Assembly (NCBI GenBank): GCA_951406725.2
Contig: OX597827.1
Span: 21,762,001-21,826,000 of the forward strand
DNA: 64,000 nt
Direction: 5' to 3'
From: Octopus vulgaris
Lineage: Eukaryota
The position numbers and the translations under genes are program-made. The notes below the pieces were generated by a model. It made no database searches. It worked only from the letters and a program-made list of their open reading frames with translations, and was not told the DNA's origin. The first letter of the stretch is position 1; each line of letters begins with the position of its first letter. Shown here one piece after another: positions 13,701 to 26,200 of this stretch.

Positions 13701-16700
13701 CTCCAGTCTGATCTGGCAGTGTTTCTACAGCTGGATGCCCTTCCTAACACCAACCACTCCCTGAGTGTAGTGGGTGCTTTTTATGTGTCACCGATATGGG
13801 GGCGAGGCGAGGCTGGGAAACGGCAACAATCGGTTGGTGCTTTTACGTGTCACCGACATGGACGCCAGTCAGGCGGGCTGGCAACTGCCACATTCGGATG
13901 GTGCTTTTAACGTGTCACCGGCACGGGTATCTTAACTACAATTTCCATTTGATTTTCATTTTGTTGTTAACGTACTTGACTTAATAGGTCTCCAATAGCT
14001 TAATCTCACAGCTATAGAAGGGAGGGAAATATTTAATTATATAAAAACTCTTTAATAGGATAATGTTGTCAATTGGAGGAAGAACACATGACCACACTGC
14101 AAAGGTGGTCATGTTAGTGTATATCACATGACCATCAGACTGGGTCACATGACACTCATGCAAAATGCATGCAACACTATTGTTATAGACATTACAAACA
14201 TATTTTATTTAGATTCAGTTTTATGACATGTGGAGGCGCGTGGCTTAGTGGTTAGGGTGTTGGACTCATGATCATAAGATTGCGATTTCGATTCCTGGAC
14301 CGGGCAACACATTGTGTTCTTGAGCAAGACACATCATTTCACGTTGCTCCAGTCCACTCAGCTGGCAAAAATGAGGAAACCTGTGGACTGGCATCCTGTC
14401 CAACTGGGGAATATATACACCACTGAAACCAGGAAACTGGCCCTCATCAGCCTGGATGGCTCAAGAAGGAAACATTTTTATTTCTTTTACTATGACACAC
14501 AAACAAACTGAACTTATCAATTCATCTTTTGATTGTGATGTTATTGAACTTCAGACATTATTACTTACAGGTTGGGAAAAAGATGGAATATGTCCGCCTG
14601 CATCTTGACTTGTCTTTAAGCAGTAAGCTAATTCAGCAAGTCTGGAAATAAATTTCATTTAAAATATGCAAAAATAAGTAACAATAACAAAAAAGAAGAA
14701 ATAACGTTAGTAAACAACAAAATAAAAATAATCCCCATGACCATCACCACTATTCTAACGACCAACAAATGTTCAAACCGAACATAAACCACATCAAGTC
14801 CCACCTATATAAGAGATCCCTATAAACAGGGTTTATTGCCTCTTCTTCTTCGACTATTTTATTTTTAAAAAAACCTAAGGAACAAACAATTCAGTACTGT
14901 GTGGCCCTAAATATGTAAATGTTACAATTGTCAGTGCCATGTAAAAGGCCCTCATGTGTAAAGCACCCATACTGGTGCCACATGGAAAGCAACCAGCAGA
15001 CACTCTGTAAAGTGGCTGGTGTTAGGAAGGGCTTCCAGTCACAGAAACCATGCCAAAGCAGACAATTGGAGCCTCTTGGTGCAGCTCTGTGGTCCTGCTG
15101 GTTCCTGTTGGACCATCCAAACCATGCCAGCATGGAAAACAGACATTTAAGTGATGATGGAAATCTTCTATGAAAACTTCCTGCTTATCAGTTCCTCTCA
15201 TCTCTTGGATTGGTAGCATCTTATCATAGCATGTACGCCTCTAAACATGAATGTCACTCAGAACTCACAGGGTCCCTCTAGAAATGCTGAGCTGCCATCA
15301 GTATTGCCAAGGACCTTTCCAGGCAAAAGCACATTACTGACATTGGTCAGAAAATATTCCAGTTTTCAATAATTGCTTTCACTCTACAAAGCTCAAGTGA
15401 GGTTCACACTATTGCTCTCTCACCTGCAGACATCCTGGGCAGCATGCAAGGGCCACTTCCTATAGGAATTCAATCACTGTCAGACAAACTCCATCCTCTG
15501 ACCCACAAGCATGCCGTGTCTCTTCTCCCTGTCTTTTCAAATGCAACTACAATGACCTCTGCTTTTCAGAGTTGGTCAGTTTTTTTTACTTCCGCCACTC
15601 AGCCCCACCACCTGTCTCACATCGCTCTTGTTGCAACAAACTGCTCTGGACTACCATCACCCAGTCCTTCCTCCCCTGGACATCTTCCCACTGAAATCTC
15701 TCTGTTCCTGTCTCTACTGTAAGTGTTGACCTGCAACAATCTTAACAACATTAACATCAAACTCAGCCGTTTTGGAGGGACTGCAAAGTTCATAAGCACT
15801 GCCCTTTCCTCCAAACCCAGCAACGAAAATAATAAAAGTAATGTTTCACATTTTGGCACAAAGCCGGTAATTTTAGGGAGAGGGGCGGGGTTTAGTCAAT
15901 TACATTGCTTCAATACATGACTGGTACTTAACAAGCCCAAATTCTTTCTAATTTTACAAGGCCAGCAATTTTGAGGGAAGGGGCAAGTCGATCACATCTA
16001 CCCCAATACTTGACTGGTACTTTATTTTATTGACTGCGAAAGGATGAAAGCAAAGTCAACCATGGTAGTATTTGAGTTCAATACAATAATTTCTTTCTTT
16101 ATTTATTTAATAATAATAATAATTACAGCACAAAGAAACACCGGCAATAATAATGAGGAATCAGAAAGTTCTGTTAATGTTTCAAATGTTTATGTAACAG
16201 TTGGAATATTGGAACAGGTGAGTCTCATTAAAGGTAAATAAAAATAGCATCAAGGTGTACTTTATTCTGTAAATTATCAACGAGATAAGTTAATTAGAAA
16301 AGCTAAAGTAGAATTTAAAAAGGTTTGAGATATTATTCTATTGAAAGAATTCTGATTTTGGTTTGAAAAGAATAAATGATGGTTAGATAAAAGAAACTTA
16401 AACGACTTTTAAATAAACAGATTTTTAAAAAAAGGACCTGCGATATTGGATGTTTCAGGAGAGACCTACAAGTTTTCTAAAATCTTATAATCAAAGTAGA
16501 AGTTTATAAGAGCAGAGGGACATATTTCAATACGATAAAATTCAAACCGATCTCTGGCACGTTCCATTTTCTTTTAATACTAATTTAAAATAGACGAACC
16601 GACAATGTTGATGATGTACCCACAGAATTTGCCCCCCTTCACGAAAATAACTCTTTCTGCGGTCGCCAAAATTGAATATTTGATACCAATTTAAATTGTC

Positions 16701-17198
16701 AGATGACTTACAGTACTTATATTTCGACAGCGAAAAACACGACTTTTAAAGTTCTGCGATTCTAACCCATTCGAGCAGGATTCAAAACCTTGTCAATGCC
16801 TTGTCTAGGTCCTGCGAAAGAAGCTTGTTTCTTACTAAGACACCTGTCTTTATTGGGGTATGAAAGACAGAGCATAATACAGGTGAAAAAAATAAATAAA
16901 TAAAAGATCCAAAATAATTAATTAATCCGATATAATTAACAATAATTAAGGTTTTGGTGTTCGCACCCTCTTTTCTGCGGTTAACACGGTTTTCGTGATT
17001 CCCACCAATGTATTTCAAAAATTTCAATTAACCAAAACTGAAATCCTTCTAGTGTTAATGATGTTTACATTTGTGTAAAAGCGATGCTGAGTCTTACCTG
17101 GTGGCTCCATGAGTTAAACCGCGAATGTTGCATTGCCAGTTGGCCTGAATCAATTCTTCTTTCACTTGACAAAGATCTAAACTTGAAATATCCGCCAT
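885..17198 (-). CDS. CDC23: CDC23/APC8 (anaphase-promoting complex TPR subunit), exons 1-10; gene continues beyond the left edge of the window
   Basis: Ten GT-AG exons splice in frame to [18 protein letters not shown]...[13 protein letters not shown]...FLYMYSRYL...[17 protein letters not shown]...[10 protein letters not shown]...[13 protein letters not shown]...[24 protein letters not shown]...[14 protein letters not shown]...[11 protein letters not shown], all hallmark CDC23 motifs. Confidence 0.97.
1579..1950 (+). mobile_element. tRNA-derived SINE family A (other copies ~1-120, 5720-5880-, 13128-13500, 25844-26242-, 27627-27778, 28277-28500-, 44774-45180, 48960-49333-)
   Basis: Pol III A/B-box head (gtggct.tgtggtaag...gggttca.tccc), internal microsatellite, conserved 3' end ctccagcatggcc.cagtcaaatgactgaaacaag. 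Confidence 0.85.
2233..2495. repeat. Degenerate (TG)n microsatellite
   Basis: Directly visible, immediately downstream of CDC23 exon 9. Confidence 0.9.
2515..2679 (-). CDS. CDC23: CDC23 exon 9 ([25 protein letters not shown]...AIEAYRQAI)
   Basis: 165 nt, CAG/GTGAG, TPR motifs. Confidence 0.96.
4588..4669 (-). CDS. CDC23: CDC23 exon 8 ([27 protein letters not shown])
   Basis: 82 nt, CAG/GTGAG. Confidence 0.95.
5215..5265 (+). ncRNA. Minimal type-I hammerhead ribozyme motif with G3:C8 core swap
   Basis: TTTGTCA-GTGAACA-G-GTCGC(agtctcaaa)GCGAC-GAAA-ATAT-TT-TGACAAA: 7-bp stem I, 5-bp stem II, palindromic stem III AATATT. Confidence 0.6.
6681..6778 (-). CDS. CDC23: CDC23 exon 7 ([32 protein letters not shown])
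   Basis: 98 nt, CAG/GTAAGT. Confidence 0.95.
7551..7597 (-). ncRNA. Decayed minimal hammerhead motif (Penelope-like)
   Basis: CACCA-CCAAGGA-T-GAC(catgaagca)GTC-GAAA-CCACATGG-TC-TGGTG. Confidence 0.5.
7774..7908. repeat. Fold-back inverted repeat, ~65-bp arms, essentially no spacer
   Basis: agagggcactattacacatagatgcctca...aaaacta / tagtttt...tgaggcatctatgtgtaatagtgccctct. Confidence 0.92.
7933..8568. repeat. Diverged fold-back inverted repeat (~200-bp arms)
   Basis: tattgagaataacaagg...tttttatataaaattgaaa / tttcaattttatataaaaagg...ccttgttattctcaata. Confidence 0.85.
8778..9113. repeat. Fold-back inverted repeat, ~150-bp arms, ~35-nt spacer
   Basis: ttcaaagaaattccaactct...aagtattgattgtcttattgaatagatgaaa / tttcatctattcaataagacaatcaatactt...agagttggaattcctttgaa. 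Confidence 0.93.
9520..9697 (-). CDS. CDC23: CDC23 exon 6 ([24 protein letters not shown]...AIAHDNSR)
   Basis: 178 nt, CAG/GTAGGT. Confidence 0.93.
10384..10516 (-). CDS. CDC23: CDC23 exon 5 ([11 protein letters not shown]...[19 protein letters not shown])
   Basis: 133 nt, AG/GTAAGT. Confidence 0.95.
11110..11218 (-). CDS. CDC23: CDC23 exon 4 (...[21 protein letters not shown])
   Basis: 109 nt, phase-consistent, LDGF motif. Confidence 0.93.
11936..12128 (-). CDS. CDC23: CDC23 exon 3 ([23 protein letters not shown]...[15 protein letters not shown])
   Basis: 193 nt, AG/GTAAGT, conserved ANAPC8 N-terminal motifs. Confidence 0.95.
12204..12556 (+). mobile_element. Non-autonomous Helitron-like element
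   Basis: 5' TCTCTATAGATATAAA...gtctgtctg; 3' hairpin gacccgg/ctgggtc followed by CTAA (CTRR). Confidence 0.6.
14231..14470 (+). mobile_element. tRNA-derived SINE, different family
   Basis: ggcgcgtggcttagtggttaggg...ttcgattcc head; tggactggcatcctgtcc central motif. Confidence 0.65.
14569..14641 (-). CDS. CDC23: CDC23 exon 2 ([25 protein letters not shown])
   Basis: ttcCAG acceptor, GTAAGT donor, 73 nt, AELA motif. Confidence 0.88.
17098..17198 (-). CDS. CDC23: CDC23 exon 1 ([33 protein letters not shown])
   Basis: ATG at 17198, GTAAG donor, 101 nt, phase 2. Confidence 0.88.
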
Positions 17199-18288
17199 CT
17201 CTCTCTCGAAGGGGAGATAATTCTGAGCGGAAAGCCGCACAATTTATTAGAGTTGGTCACTCTCTTGCGAAGGCATGGATGGGTTGGCGAAGCCCTTCTG
17301 CTAAAAAACACACGCTCTTATCTATATATACATAGATATACATACTAGCTTAAGAGCCACCTGCTCCTACGAAGGGTTCTTGATTGGGTCCTGGGCCCAA
17401 CGATGACACTTCATGCATTGAATACATAAAATTGAACAATATTTTCCAAATAATTAAAAGTATTCATAAACACACCGATTCGCTTTCACATTTATTATAA
17501 AAGCAAAGAATAGAAGACACGGATAATTTTGGGGAAACTATATCAATTAGAGTGTATTTTATATATATATATAGGTGTATGTGGGGGGTGTTAGAAGTGG
17601 TGTACAGATATTGAATATTGATTGAAGAGGAAGTCGCCAGAATTATGGAAAAAGAAATTTTTTTTTAATTCAGTCATTATTATTAGTGCTTTGGCGCGCT
17701 GGCAGGAACGTTAGCACGCCGGGCGAAATACTTAGCGGTATTTCATCTGTCAAATTCCGCCGAGGTCGACTTTGCCTTTCATCCTTTCGGGTCGATAAAT
17801 TAAGTACCAGTTACGCACTAGGGTCGATGTAATCGACTTAATACCTATGTCTGTCCTCTGTGTTTAGCCCCTTGTGGGTAATAAAGAAATAGGTATTTCG
17901 TCTGTCGCTACGTTCTGAGTTCAAATTCCGCCGAGGTCGACTTTGCCTTTCATCCTTTCGGGGTCGATTAAATAAGTACCAGTTACGCACTGGGATCGAT
18001 ATAATCGACTTAGTCCGTTTGTCTGTCCTTGTTTGACCCCTCTGTGTGTAGCCCTTTATGGGCAGTTAAGACATAATTATTAGTGCTTTCGTTCGTCTTC
18101 GAACTTGTCAAATAAAATTGTGAATGTGAAAAACAGTTTGTTCACTTATATAAATCAGTTTTGTTTTGTTTAGTTTTTAGAAGCAGAGAACATTAGGTTC
18201 AAGAGTGGTGACCTCTTTTAGGATGGGGAAAATAATGAAAAAAAGGATGGGGTGCGATCATCATTAAAAGCATTTTTGTCTGCGCGCG

Positions 18289-18354
<66 letters not shown>

Positions 18355-18523
18355 TGTGTGTGTGTGCCTGTGAGTTCATGTATTTGGAAATATGTAATTT
18401 CGATGTTTTGCATTGAAAAATAAAGCCAGATTTCTTTTAATTCAATGTTTTGTATGAACAAACAATATTTGTAAATTAGAAAAATATGTAAAGTTAGAAT
18501 ATGCCAATGTTACATATATATAT

Positions 18524-18733
18524 ATACAAAATTTAGAGGACTGACCACTAAAAGTGGACAGCCTGTATGCTAGATATAGACGTCAAAATCGCCATTTTCC
18601 ACGAAGAATGTGTTCTCAAGAAAAAATTCAGCAAAAATTGAGAACACATTCTTCGTGGAAAATGGCGATTTTGACGTCTATATCTAGCATACAGGCTGTC
18701 CACTTTTAGTGGTCAGTCCTCTAAATTTTGTAT
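18524..18733. repeat. Perfect 96-bp inverted repeat with 18-nt spacer, next to (TA)n
   Basis: 18524-18619 is the exact reverse complement of 18638-18733. Confidence 0.96.
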
Positions 18734-19059
18734 GTAAAAAAAAAAAATTTAATCTTCGGATTTTTAAAAATATGCTAGGCCACTGGTTTTAATTGATTAA
18801 TATCAATTTCTACACTTATTTAATTTTATATACGTGTGTGTGTGCCTTTCATACACACACACACACAAGACCAAGCACATACACTCACATAAGAACAAAC
18901 ACGCACACACTCACACACACACACACTGAAGGACAGGTGTACAACCCATTAGCTTTCTCTTTCCACGCAGCTGACAGTTGACAAGACAACACGTGCTCAT
19001 GGAAATTACCGAGTAGTATGTTTATAAAATTCGAGTCAAAACGAAACTACACCTATGTA

Positions 19060-19121
<62 letters not shown>

Positions 19122-19357
19122 CGTGCATGCGTATTAAAGAAAGCAAAAAATAAAACAAAAATGATAGTGTTCAGTATGCTGGTTCAGAATGTTGGCCACA
19201 GGAATTTCTGTCAAAGAGACATGGTTAAACAAAGTTGGTCATCATCTCCCTCCTTCTCTCACATACCCACTCTTTTTCTCCCTCTCTTATTATTACTCCC
19301 ACTGCCACTATCAACACCACTACTTTTAATAAAACATCAACTCTCCTTAAACTTCTT

Positions 19358-19396
<39 letters not shown>

Positions 19397-21679
19397 TCCT
19401 CTCTGTCTTCGCCACCGTCTCTATTACCCTCACCTCAACACGAGGAATAGTAGAAGTGTCATTGAATAGTGATAGAAGGGGTCAAAGTGTGACACACTGA
19501 CACACAGAAATTAGTTTTCACATTTATTATATTAGATATGTATGTGTGTGAATGCACACACACATGCTTGGCATACATCATGTATTTTCCCAGGGCATGT
19601 GTCCCCTAATTAAGGTCTGGTAATCTTTATCCAGAAGTAATTTTGAGAATTCTTCGGATTTGTGAGATTTCACCTTCCACTCTTTTGTCTACGAAAAACC
19701 GGGGGATGAGGTGAGGAGGAGAAAGATAAGCGAGGGGAAGAGAGAGATAGACGGAACGTAGATAGAAGGTGGGGAGAGATAGAGGGTGGGAAGGGAGAGT
19801 AGGGGAAAGATAAAGGGAAGGGAGAGATAGAGGGGAAGAGAGTGATGGTAAAAGCGTATGTGATAAAGAGAAAGAGATTAAAGCAGAAACCAAGAAGATC
19901 TGGTTTAATTATCGTTAGAAAACCACTCGTTACATCTGGACAACTCTAGATGGACGAGATGCTGCTGGGCTGTGCGCTTGTGCGCGCGCACACGTCTTGT
20001 CGTTGGCGCGCACAAAGTTCTCGCGATGAAATTGAATATTTTTTCTCAATATGGCTACTTGCCTGAATTCGCTTTATACTTTATAGAGAAAAACAAAATT
20101 TGCACTGAAGCAAATTTCTGCACTCAGCAAAAATTCAGAAGAAACACTGTATGCAAGAGGGGTTCTTTTGTTCGCCTATAATGCCAATGGCATTCTTTAT
20201 TCTTTAAATTGCACGAATTGCTATAATTTTTCTTGTATTTTATCACTATTACAGCCATTTTGAGAGTTATGAAAATAAACCATTTTTCCCCTTGTGGCTT
20301 TTTTTTTTTCTACTCTCTAACATTTTTTGCTCTGGTACTTAAGGTATCTTTTCACTCGCACCCGTAATATAGCTACTTTCGAAATATTCTTTTGATAACT
20401 TAGGGTGAACAGTGGTTGTCAGCAGTTACAGTAATTAATTTTAGTTTCTGCTACGGGTTTGTCACCTGTTGCCATAAATTGTAAGCATTAAATTTACGAT
20501 CTGAGGTACTTTTCAGAGGTAAAATAATCCAGTATACGCCATGGATAAAATGCTCAAACACGAGTATAAAATCACTGTAGAGGGCAAGGATGAAAGTGAA
20601 GTACAACTTTTAACGTGCAAACGTTCGCCATTGTGGTATTAATGATGCACGTGAACTCAATAAAAACGAAATTATTTCAAGGAGAGCGTTAATCGAAGGA
20701 ACTAACATATTTTTGCCAAAGTAAGATGTGGAACTGAAGATGATGTCATTACTACCGAAGGTTCTTAATCATTTCACACAATTTAATCTCACAATAGCTT
20801 CATGCCTATGAACTGCTCCTCTGCTTTTGATAAAAATACTTTCTCTCATTCAATGATGAAAGTTTTCTTGTACATGAACAAAAAAAAAAACAGCAGCAAT
20901 TGTTAATTCTGTACATGTCGCACATTCTACTCATGATGCGACGAGAAATTGGGAAAAGGCTACAGATAAAATTATTTCTAATTCAATAAAACTATTTCCT
21001 ACGATTGTTTATTACTTTGAATGAAATAGCGATAGTTTACAGTAAAAACTGCTTGAATTGAAGAACATATCCAATTAGACTGCAAACGCAGTCACTAATT
21101 GTATACAGGAAACATTGAAGAAAGTTATTGAAATAAATGGTGTGCATGTGAGAACTGCAATCCAATGTTGAAGGAACTCAGATGCAATGAAAAAAGATAA
21201 CAATACCCTGCTTTCGCTTACGCCCGCAGGAAATGTTCCATAAGAGACAGTTTGAAATGGATTGGCAGCACATATTTTAAACAGATATGTCTATTATGTA
21301 GGAGATAAAAAGAAAGACATTGTTATTTAAAATATCTATAAAATTAATCAATATTTTTGTATCTGAACAGTTCAAGCCGAGTTCGTTAACGACTATCAAA
21401 ATTATTGAAGTTGAGAGGATGATCCTCTTCCGAGTAAGACTTATCGATTTGTACCTGTTGCCAGGCATTTCTAGGCTAATATCTTCTGCTTTTAAATCTT
21501 TTCTGTTATAAAATAAACCGACCGAAGAAATTAGAAAGATTCTTTGAGAGCGAAATTAATGAGAGTCACCTCTGGTCCATTAATGAATTTACGAGAGTGG
21601 ACTGAAAGGGACATAGGCTGACATCTCACTATTTAAAGAAGACTTCAAAAGTAATTAGTAGTAACATCGCTTGGAAATT

Positions 21680-22030
21680 GACAAAGTTTGACATCGTGAT
21701 GTTATCAAGTACCCGTAGAAAAAGGGTTTAGTCCGAAGGACACTCATTCTGACATGGTTGCTAGATTAGGGGATGTCGCTCCAGCCCCATCAACAGTGAA
21801 AGAGTGAGAAAATGAATTTACGAGGGGAAGAGAGAGCCTTGAAGATGACCCAAGGTCTTGACGTCCTATAACTGCCACCACTGAGAAAAATATTGATCGT
21901 GTTCACCACATAGTGATGAATGACAGGCGATTGACTACAAATCAAGTAACCAATGCCCTTAGCATGTCCGCGAGAGAGTTGAGAATATTCTGCACACGTT
22001 TTCTGACAACTGATCAAAAGTGCACCAGAG
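21680..22030 (+). mobile_element. Decayed mariner transposase fragment
   Basis: EFTRGRESLEDDPRS.RP.TATTEKNIDRVHHIVMNDRRLT, typical mariner HTH region. Confidence 0.75.
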
Positions 22031-22195
22031 GCAGATCGAGCAGGTTTCTAAATGTTAAAACAATGAAAGAATTTTTGTCTCTGCAACAGTCCCAAAAAAC
22101 AACTTGCAGTATATCTTATCTAATTTCTCTCTCCATGTATAATTCTTTTGTATTTGTTTGAATATTAAGCCTATTGCTATTGCACCATTACAAAA

Positions 22196-22428
22196 GGCGG
22201 CGAGCTGGCAGAAACGTTAGCACGCCGGGCGAAATGCTTTGCGGTATTTCGTCTGCCGTTACGTTCTGAGTTCAAGTTCCGCCGAGGTCGACTTTGCCCT
22301 TCATCCTTTCGGGGTCGATTAAATAAGTACCAGTTACGCACTGGGGTCGATATAATTGCCTTAGTTCATTTGTCTATTCTTGTTTGTCCTCTCTGTGTTT
22401 AACCCCTTGTGGGTAATCAAGAAATAGG
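22196..22428 (+). mobile_element. tRNA-derived SINE family B (other copies ~6221-6445, 17692-18075 tandem, 25395-25624-, 36616-36823, 40320-40540, 52739-52920, 55985-56165)
   Basis: ggcggcgagctggcagaaacgttagc...gagttcaa.ttcc...gcctttcatcctttcggggtcgat. Confidence 0.85.
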
Positions 22429-22932
22429 TACTGTACCATTTCAAATGCCGGACATTTTGTCTCACATTTCAAAATATGTTTGCTTTACATCTTGAGGGCA
22501 TCACTTTTATTTGTATATAAGACCCAAATAAGTTTTCTTGATGGTACAGTTTATTTATTTATAGGTGATAGTAATTATATATTTTCGTTGATCTGGTGGT
22601 ACAATTTATTTATAGGTGATAGTAATTATATATTTTCGTTGATAATATACCCCGAAAAAGCAGTTACTAACAAGTTAGGGACCAACAGAAAAGTTTGAAA
22701 TCAAGTAACACATGACCGGCAACATAAATTGCGTAACATATAAATGTGATTCATTTAACCATTGCCACTTATAGGTATGATTAAAGAAAACCCACATCCT
22801 TCTTTGATAATCGCAAAAATATATATTTTCCCACTGATTATTGCAGCTTAATAAAAGCTGACCCACATTTGTGGCCTTAAAAATAATATGATCTAATTCG
22901 AGTCATCTGACTCAAGTCATGTGGAGATTAAG

Positions 22933-22942
22933 TAAAATGGCG
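22933..22942 (+). promoter_or_regulatory. YY1-like motif AAAATGGCG near the presumed 5' end of the plus-strand gene
   Basis: Matches the YY1 consensus; the CDC23 start context AGATGGCGG is a similar motif. Confidence 0.35.
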
Positions 22943-23010
22943 ACCTCAATCACAACTTTCACCTTATCTTCTCTGACAGTTTTGTTTGGTGCTTTTGTCT
23001 GCAACTCATT

Positions 23011-23138
23011 ATGCACGGACAAACAAGAAACACAACTTATTCATGTATCAGACAAATATTTATCGTAATAGAAAATACGCCGGGAGCCCATGTTCAGCAA
23101 TGGAAGAAGTTGAAGAAGTTTCTTTCTCCTATTATTTG
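23011..23138 (+). CDS. Plus-strand gene, tentative first coding exon (MHGQTRNTTYSCIRQIFIVIENTPGAHVQQWKKLKKFLSPIIW)
   Basis: Strong GTAAGT donor at 23139; phase 2 matches the next exon; start codon uncertain. Confidence 0.5.
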
Positions 23139-23241
23139 GTAAGTTACGGTTTTTAAAAACAAAAACATCGTCTGCTGGACGATCACTTCGGTCCTTTATC
23201 CCCACCCCATACTTTTTAATCCGTGTCTGTATAGATATATG

Positions 23242-23272
<31 letters not shown>

Positions 23273-26200
23273 CACACACATACAATGCAGTAGTTTTAAT
23301 TAGTATCGCTTAGTATTCTTTTATAACAAGTACTTGCGTCTTCGTCTCACCATTCTCTTTGGCCCTGAAAGGGTCACCAAATGCAAGTTGGGGCCCTTCT
23401 TACTTTGATCGTCATAAGACAAAATAAAACACAACTATTTTAGTCGTATAAAAAGTTTAACGTTTATTTTATTTCAGTTTGTGTTTGGGTTTTATTTACA
23501 TAACACATTTAGCAATCTAATATCTTATTAAATTCCTCATTAAATTATTCTTCCTTTTAAGTCGGGTGGAAAACGGGGATATTCTTTTAAATATTATCTC
23601 TTAATCTGTTTCTTCTAAACAATCCAAAAGATTCTAATTTCCTCAGGTATTTGGTTTTATTTCATGTGAATTCGATGTTTGAAAAACCTTTGTTTGTGTT
23701 TTCTCTCTCTCTTTTTAAAAAAAAATTTAATTTCTGTGATTCACCCTGGTTGTTTCTCTCTTTCAGTCTGTGTTGCCGATTGTTATAAAATAATGGTTAA
23801 TGTTTACTTAACCATAATAATTTTTAATCACTCACAAATATGCAAACATTTCATATAAACACAGTCTGTTATTGTTACCGTTTAAAACTCTTCTCTTTCC
23901 GATCTAAGAAATAACTGTTTCAGTTTTTGGGTACCTCCGTGAAAACTGAAAGCTCCTGCGTGAAAGTTGCATTATTATTATTATACGTAGTTATTCTGCG
24001 TAAAAGGAAAAAAAGTTACAATCCATACATCTGATAAATCCAATACAAACCAAAGTTTGCGACTGTTAATTGACTTAGTGTTGATCGGTCAGAAAACAAT
24101 CGCGGTTCGTAAACACCAGCCTGTAATAAAGTTTATAAACTGAATTAATTTAAACATTTTTGCTAAACAAGGAACAAGCATATACTAATGAATTCTTCGA
24201 AATCGTTTTGTGCTTCTTCCTGGTTATTAAAGACCTTTTGGAAAAAGATGGCCAGAATCTTTGAGAAAATGGTAATCGATCGGAGAAAAGTCTGGACGAG
24301 GAAGAGCTTTGTAGCCCAGGTTGGTGGATTTCTGGAAAATCATTAGCGAGGGATATGGTCGGATGTTATGGAGAAGAACTGGTTAACACTGGACTATATT
24401 GGGGAAGTTCTCGATGCATTTTTGTCGCTTTTCTGAAAAAACTTATTTGTCATGATTTAAGAAAAAGTGGACGATTGCACTTTCCGATCCTAATTTCATT
24501 TGATGTGACTTCAGTTTTGGAAAACTCTTTGGGTGTGTCACCTTGGTCCAGCCAAAAGGAAAGAAAGCGGTCGGTTGTCATACAGGATCAATATTTCATC
24601 AAAATGTCACAACGTGATCAACAAATGAATCGTTTTGGTTGCACAAGAGAAGCACAGAACAGACTTTATCCTGGCCACTGTTTTATTTTTGTCCTGCTCG
24701 TATGGCAGCAATTTGCCGAAGGTTTCGTAACTTTCTAGCGTGATGCAAATGTTGAATAACGATTGAATGACCAACACTTAGTGCTTCGGCAGTCTCTCAA
24801 ATTGCTTTACTAGGGCCAACTTAAAAAGGGCACACAGAATCTTTGATAATCGCAGAAGGGCCGTCTTGTGTCCACTGTGAAATTTTTGGAAATAATTTTT
24901 AGCGGACTGTTCATTGACGGTCTCCTTAGCCAAATACTTGCTTGAAACTGTAAGCAATTTTTGCTGGTTTATGTTCCATTTTGAACTTGTAGAATTAAAT
25001 AATTTGCTCTCCTTTCACATTTTATTTGACATCGTAAAATAAAAATGAAATAAGCAGTGAAGTGTAAGGAAATGAAGAATTCAATGAACTTTTTCATCCC
25101 ACAATGGTACATCCTTGCAGCAGCAGTAGTGGTCATTTAGCCCTCTGGTCAAATCTGATGAAAGAAACCCATGTTGTAAAATATTTTAGCCATGGCCACT
25201 CTTCCGTTTTATTGAGTCTAAAATAACCAATAAATCAATATATCCATCTGAAACAGCATTAGATTAAAATAACAGAATGAATAACAACCCTAATGTATAT
25301 AATACAAAGGTAGGACTGGGGCCTTAAAAAGAATAAAAGGAAAAAAGAAACAAACAACTCCCTGTGAGAAGTTTCACTGCAACAATTATATATATTTCTT
25401 TATTACCCACAAGGGGCTAAACACAGAGGGGACAAACAAGGACAGACAAAGGGATTAAGTCGATTACATCGACCCCAGTGCGTAACTGGTACTTAATTTA
25501 TCGACCCCAAAAGGATGAAAGGCAAAGTCGGCCTCGGCGGAATTTGAACTCGGAACGTAACGACAGATGAAATACGGCTACGAATTTCACCCGGCATGCT
25601 AACGTTTCTACCAGCTCGCCGCCTCGCAACAATTATATATTTGTGCGTGTGTATGTGCATGTGTGTTTGTGTGTGTGCATGCATGTGTGTGTTTGTGTAT
25701 GTGCATGTGCACACACATGTGAGTGTGTGTGTGCGTGCATGTTTGTGTGTGTGTGTGCCACAATTCCTAAGCATATACAGGGTGGCACTGAACCCCAGTA
25801 CACCAGCAGGAAGCTCACCAGCAGAGCTGATGTTCGCAAATACCTGTTTCAGTCATTCGACAGCAGCCATCCTGCCAACATCTTGAAGAATTTTCAGTCA
25901 AATGCATCAACCCCAAGACTTTTTCTTTAAAGCTTCGTACTTATTCTGTTGGTCTCTTTTTGATGAACTGCTAGGTTACAGGGACATAAACACACCAACA
26001 CTGGTTGTCAACCAGTGATGTTGGATGATCGCCGACTAAAAACACACACACACACACACACACACGCACATACACACACACACACATATATCAGTATATG
26101 ATGGGCTTCTTTCAGTTTCTGCCTACCAAATCCACTCACAAGGCTTTGGTCTGCTCAGAGTTATAGTAGAAGATACTTGCTCACAGTGGGACTGAACCCA

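Noticed and set aside
20590-21200. Possible decayed hAT-like transposase
   Set aside because: Only vague motif hints with many stops; cannot be supported by eye
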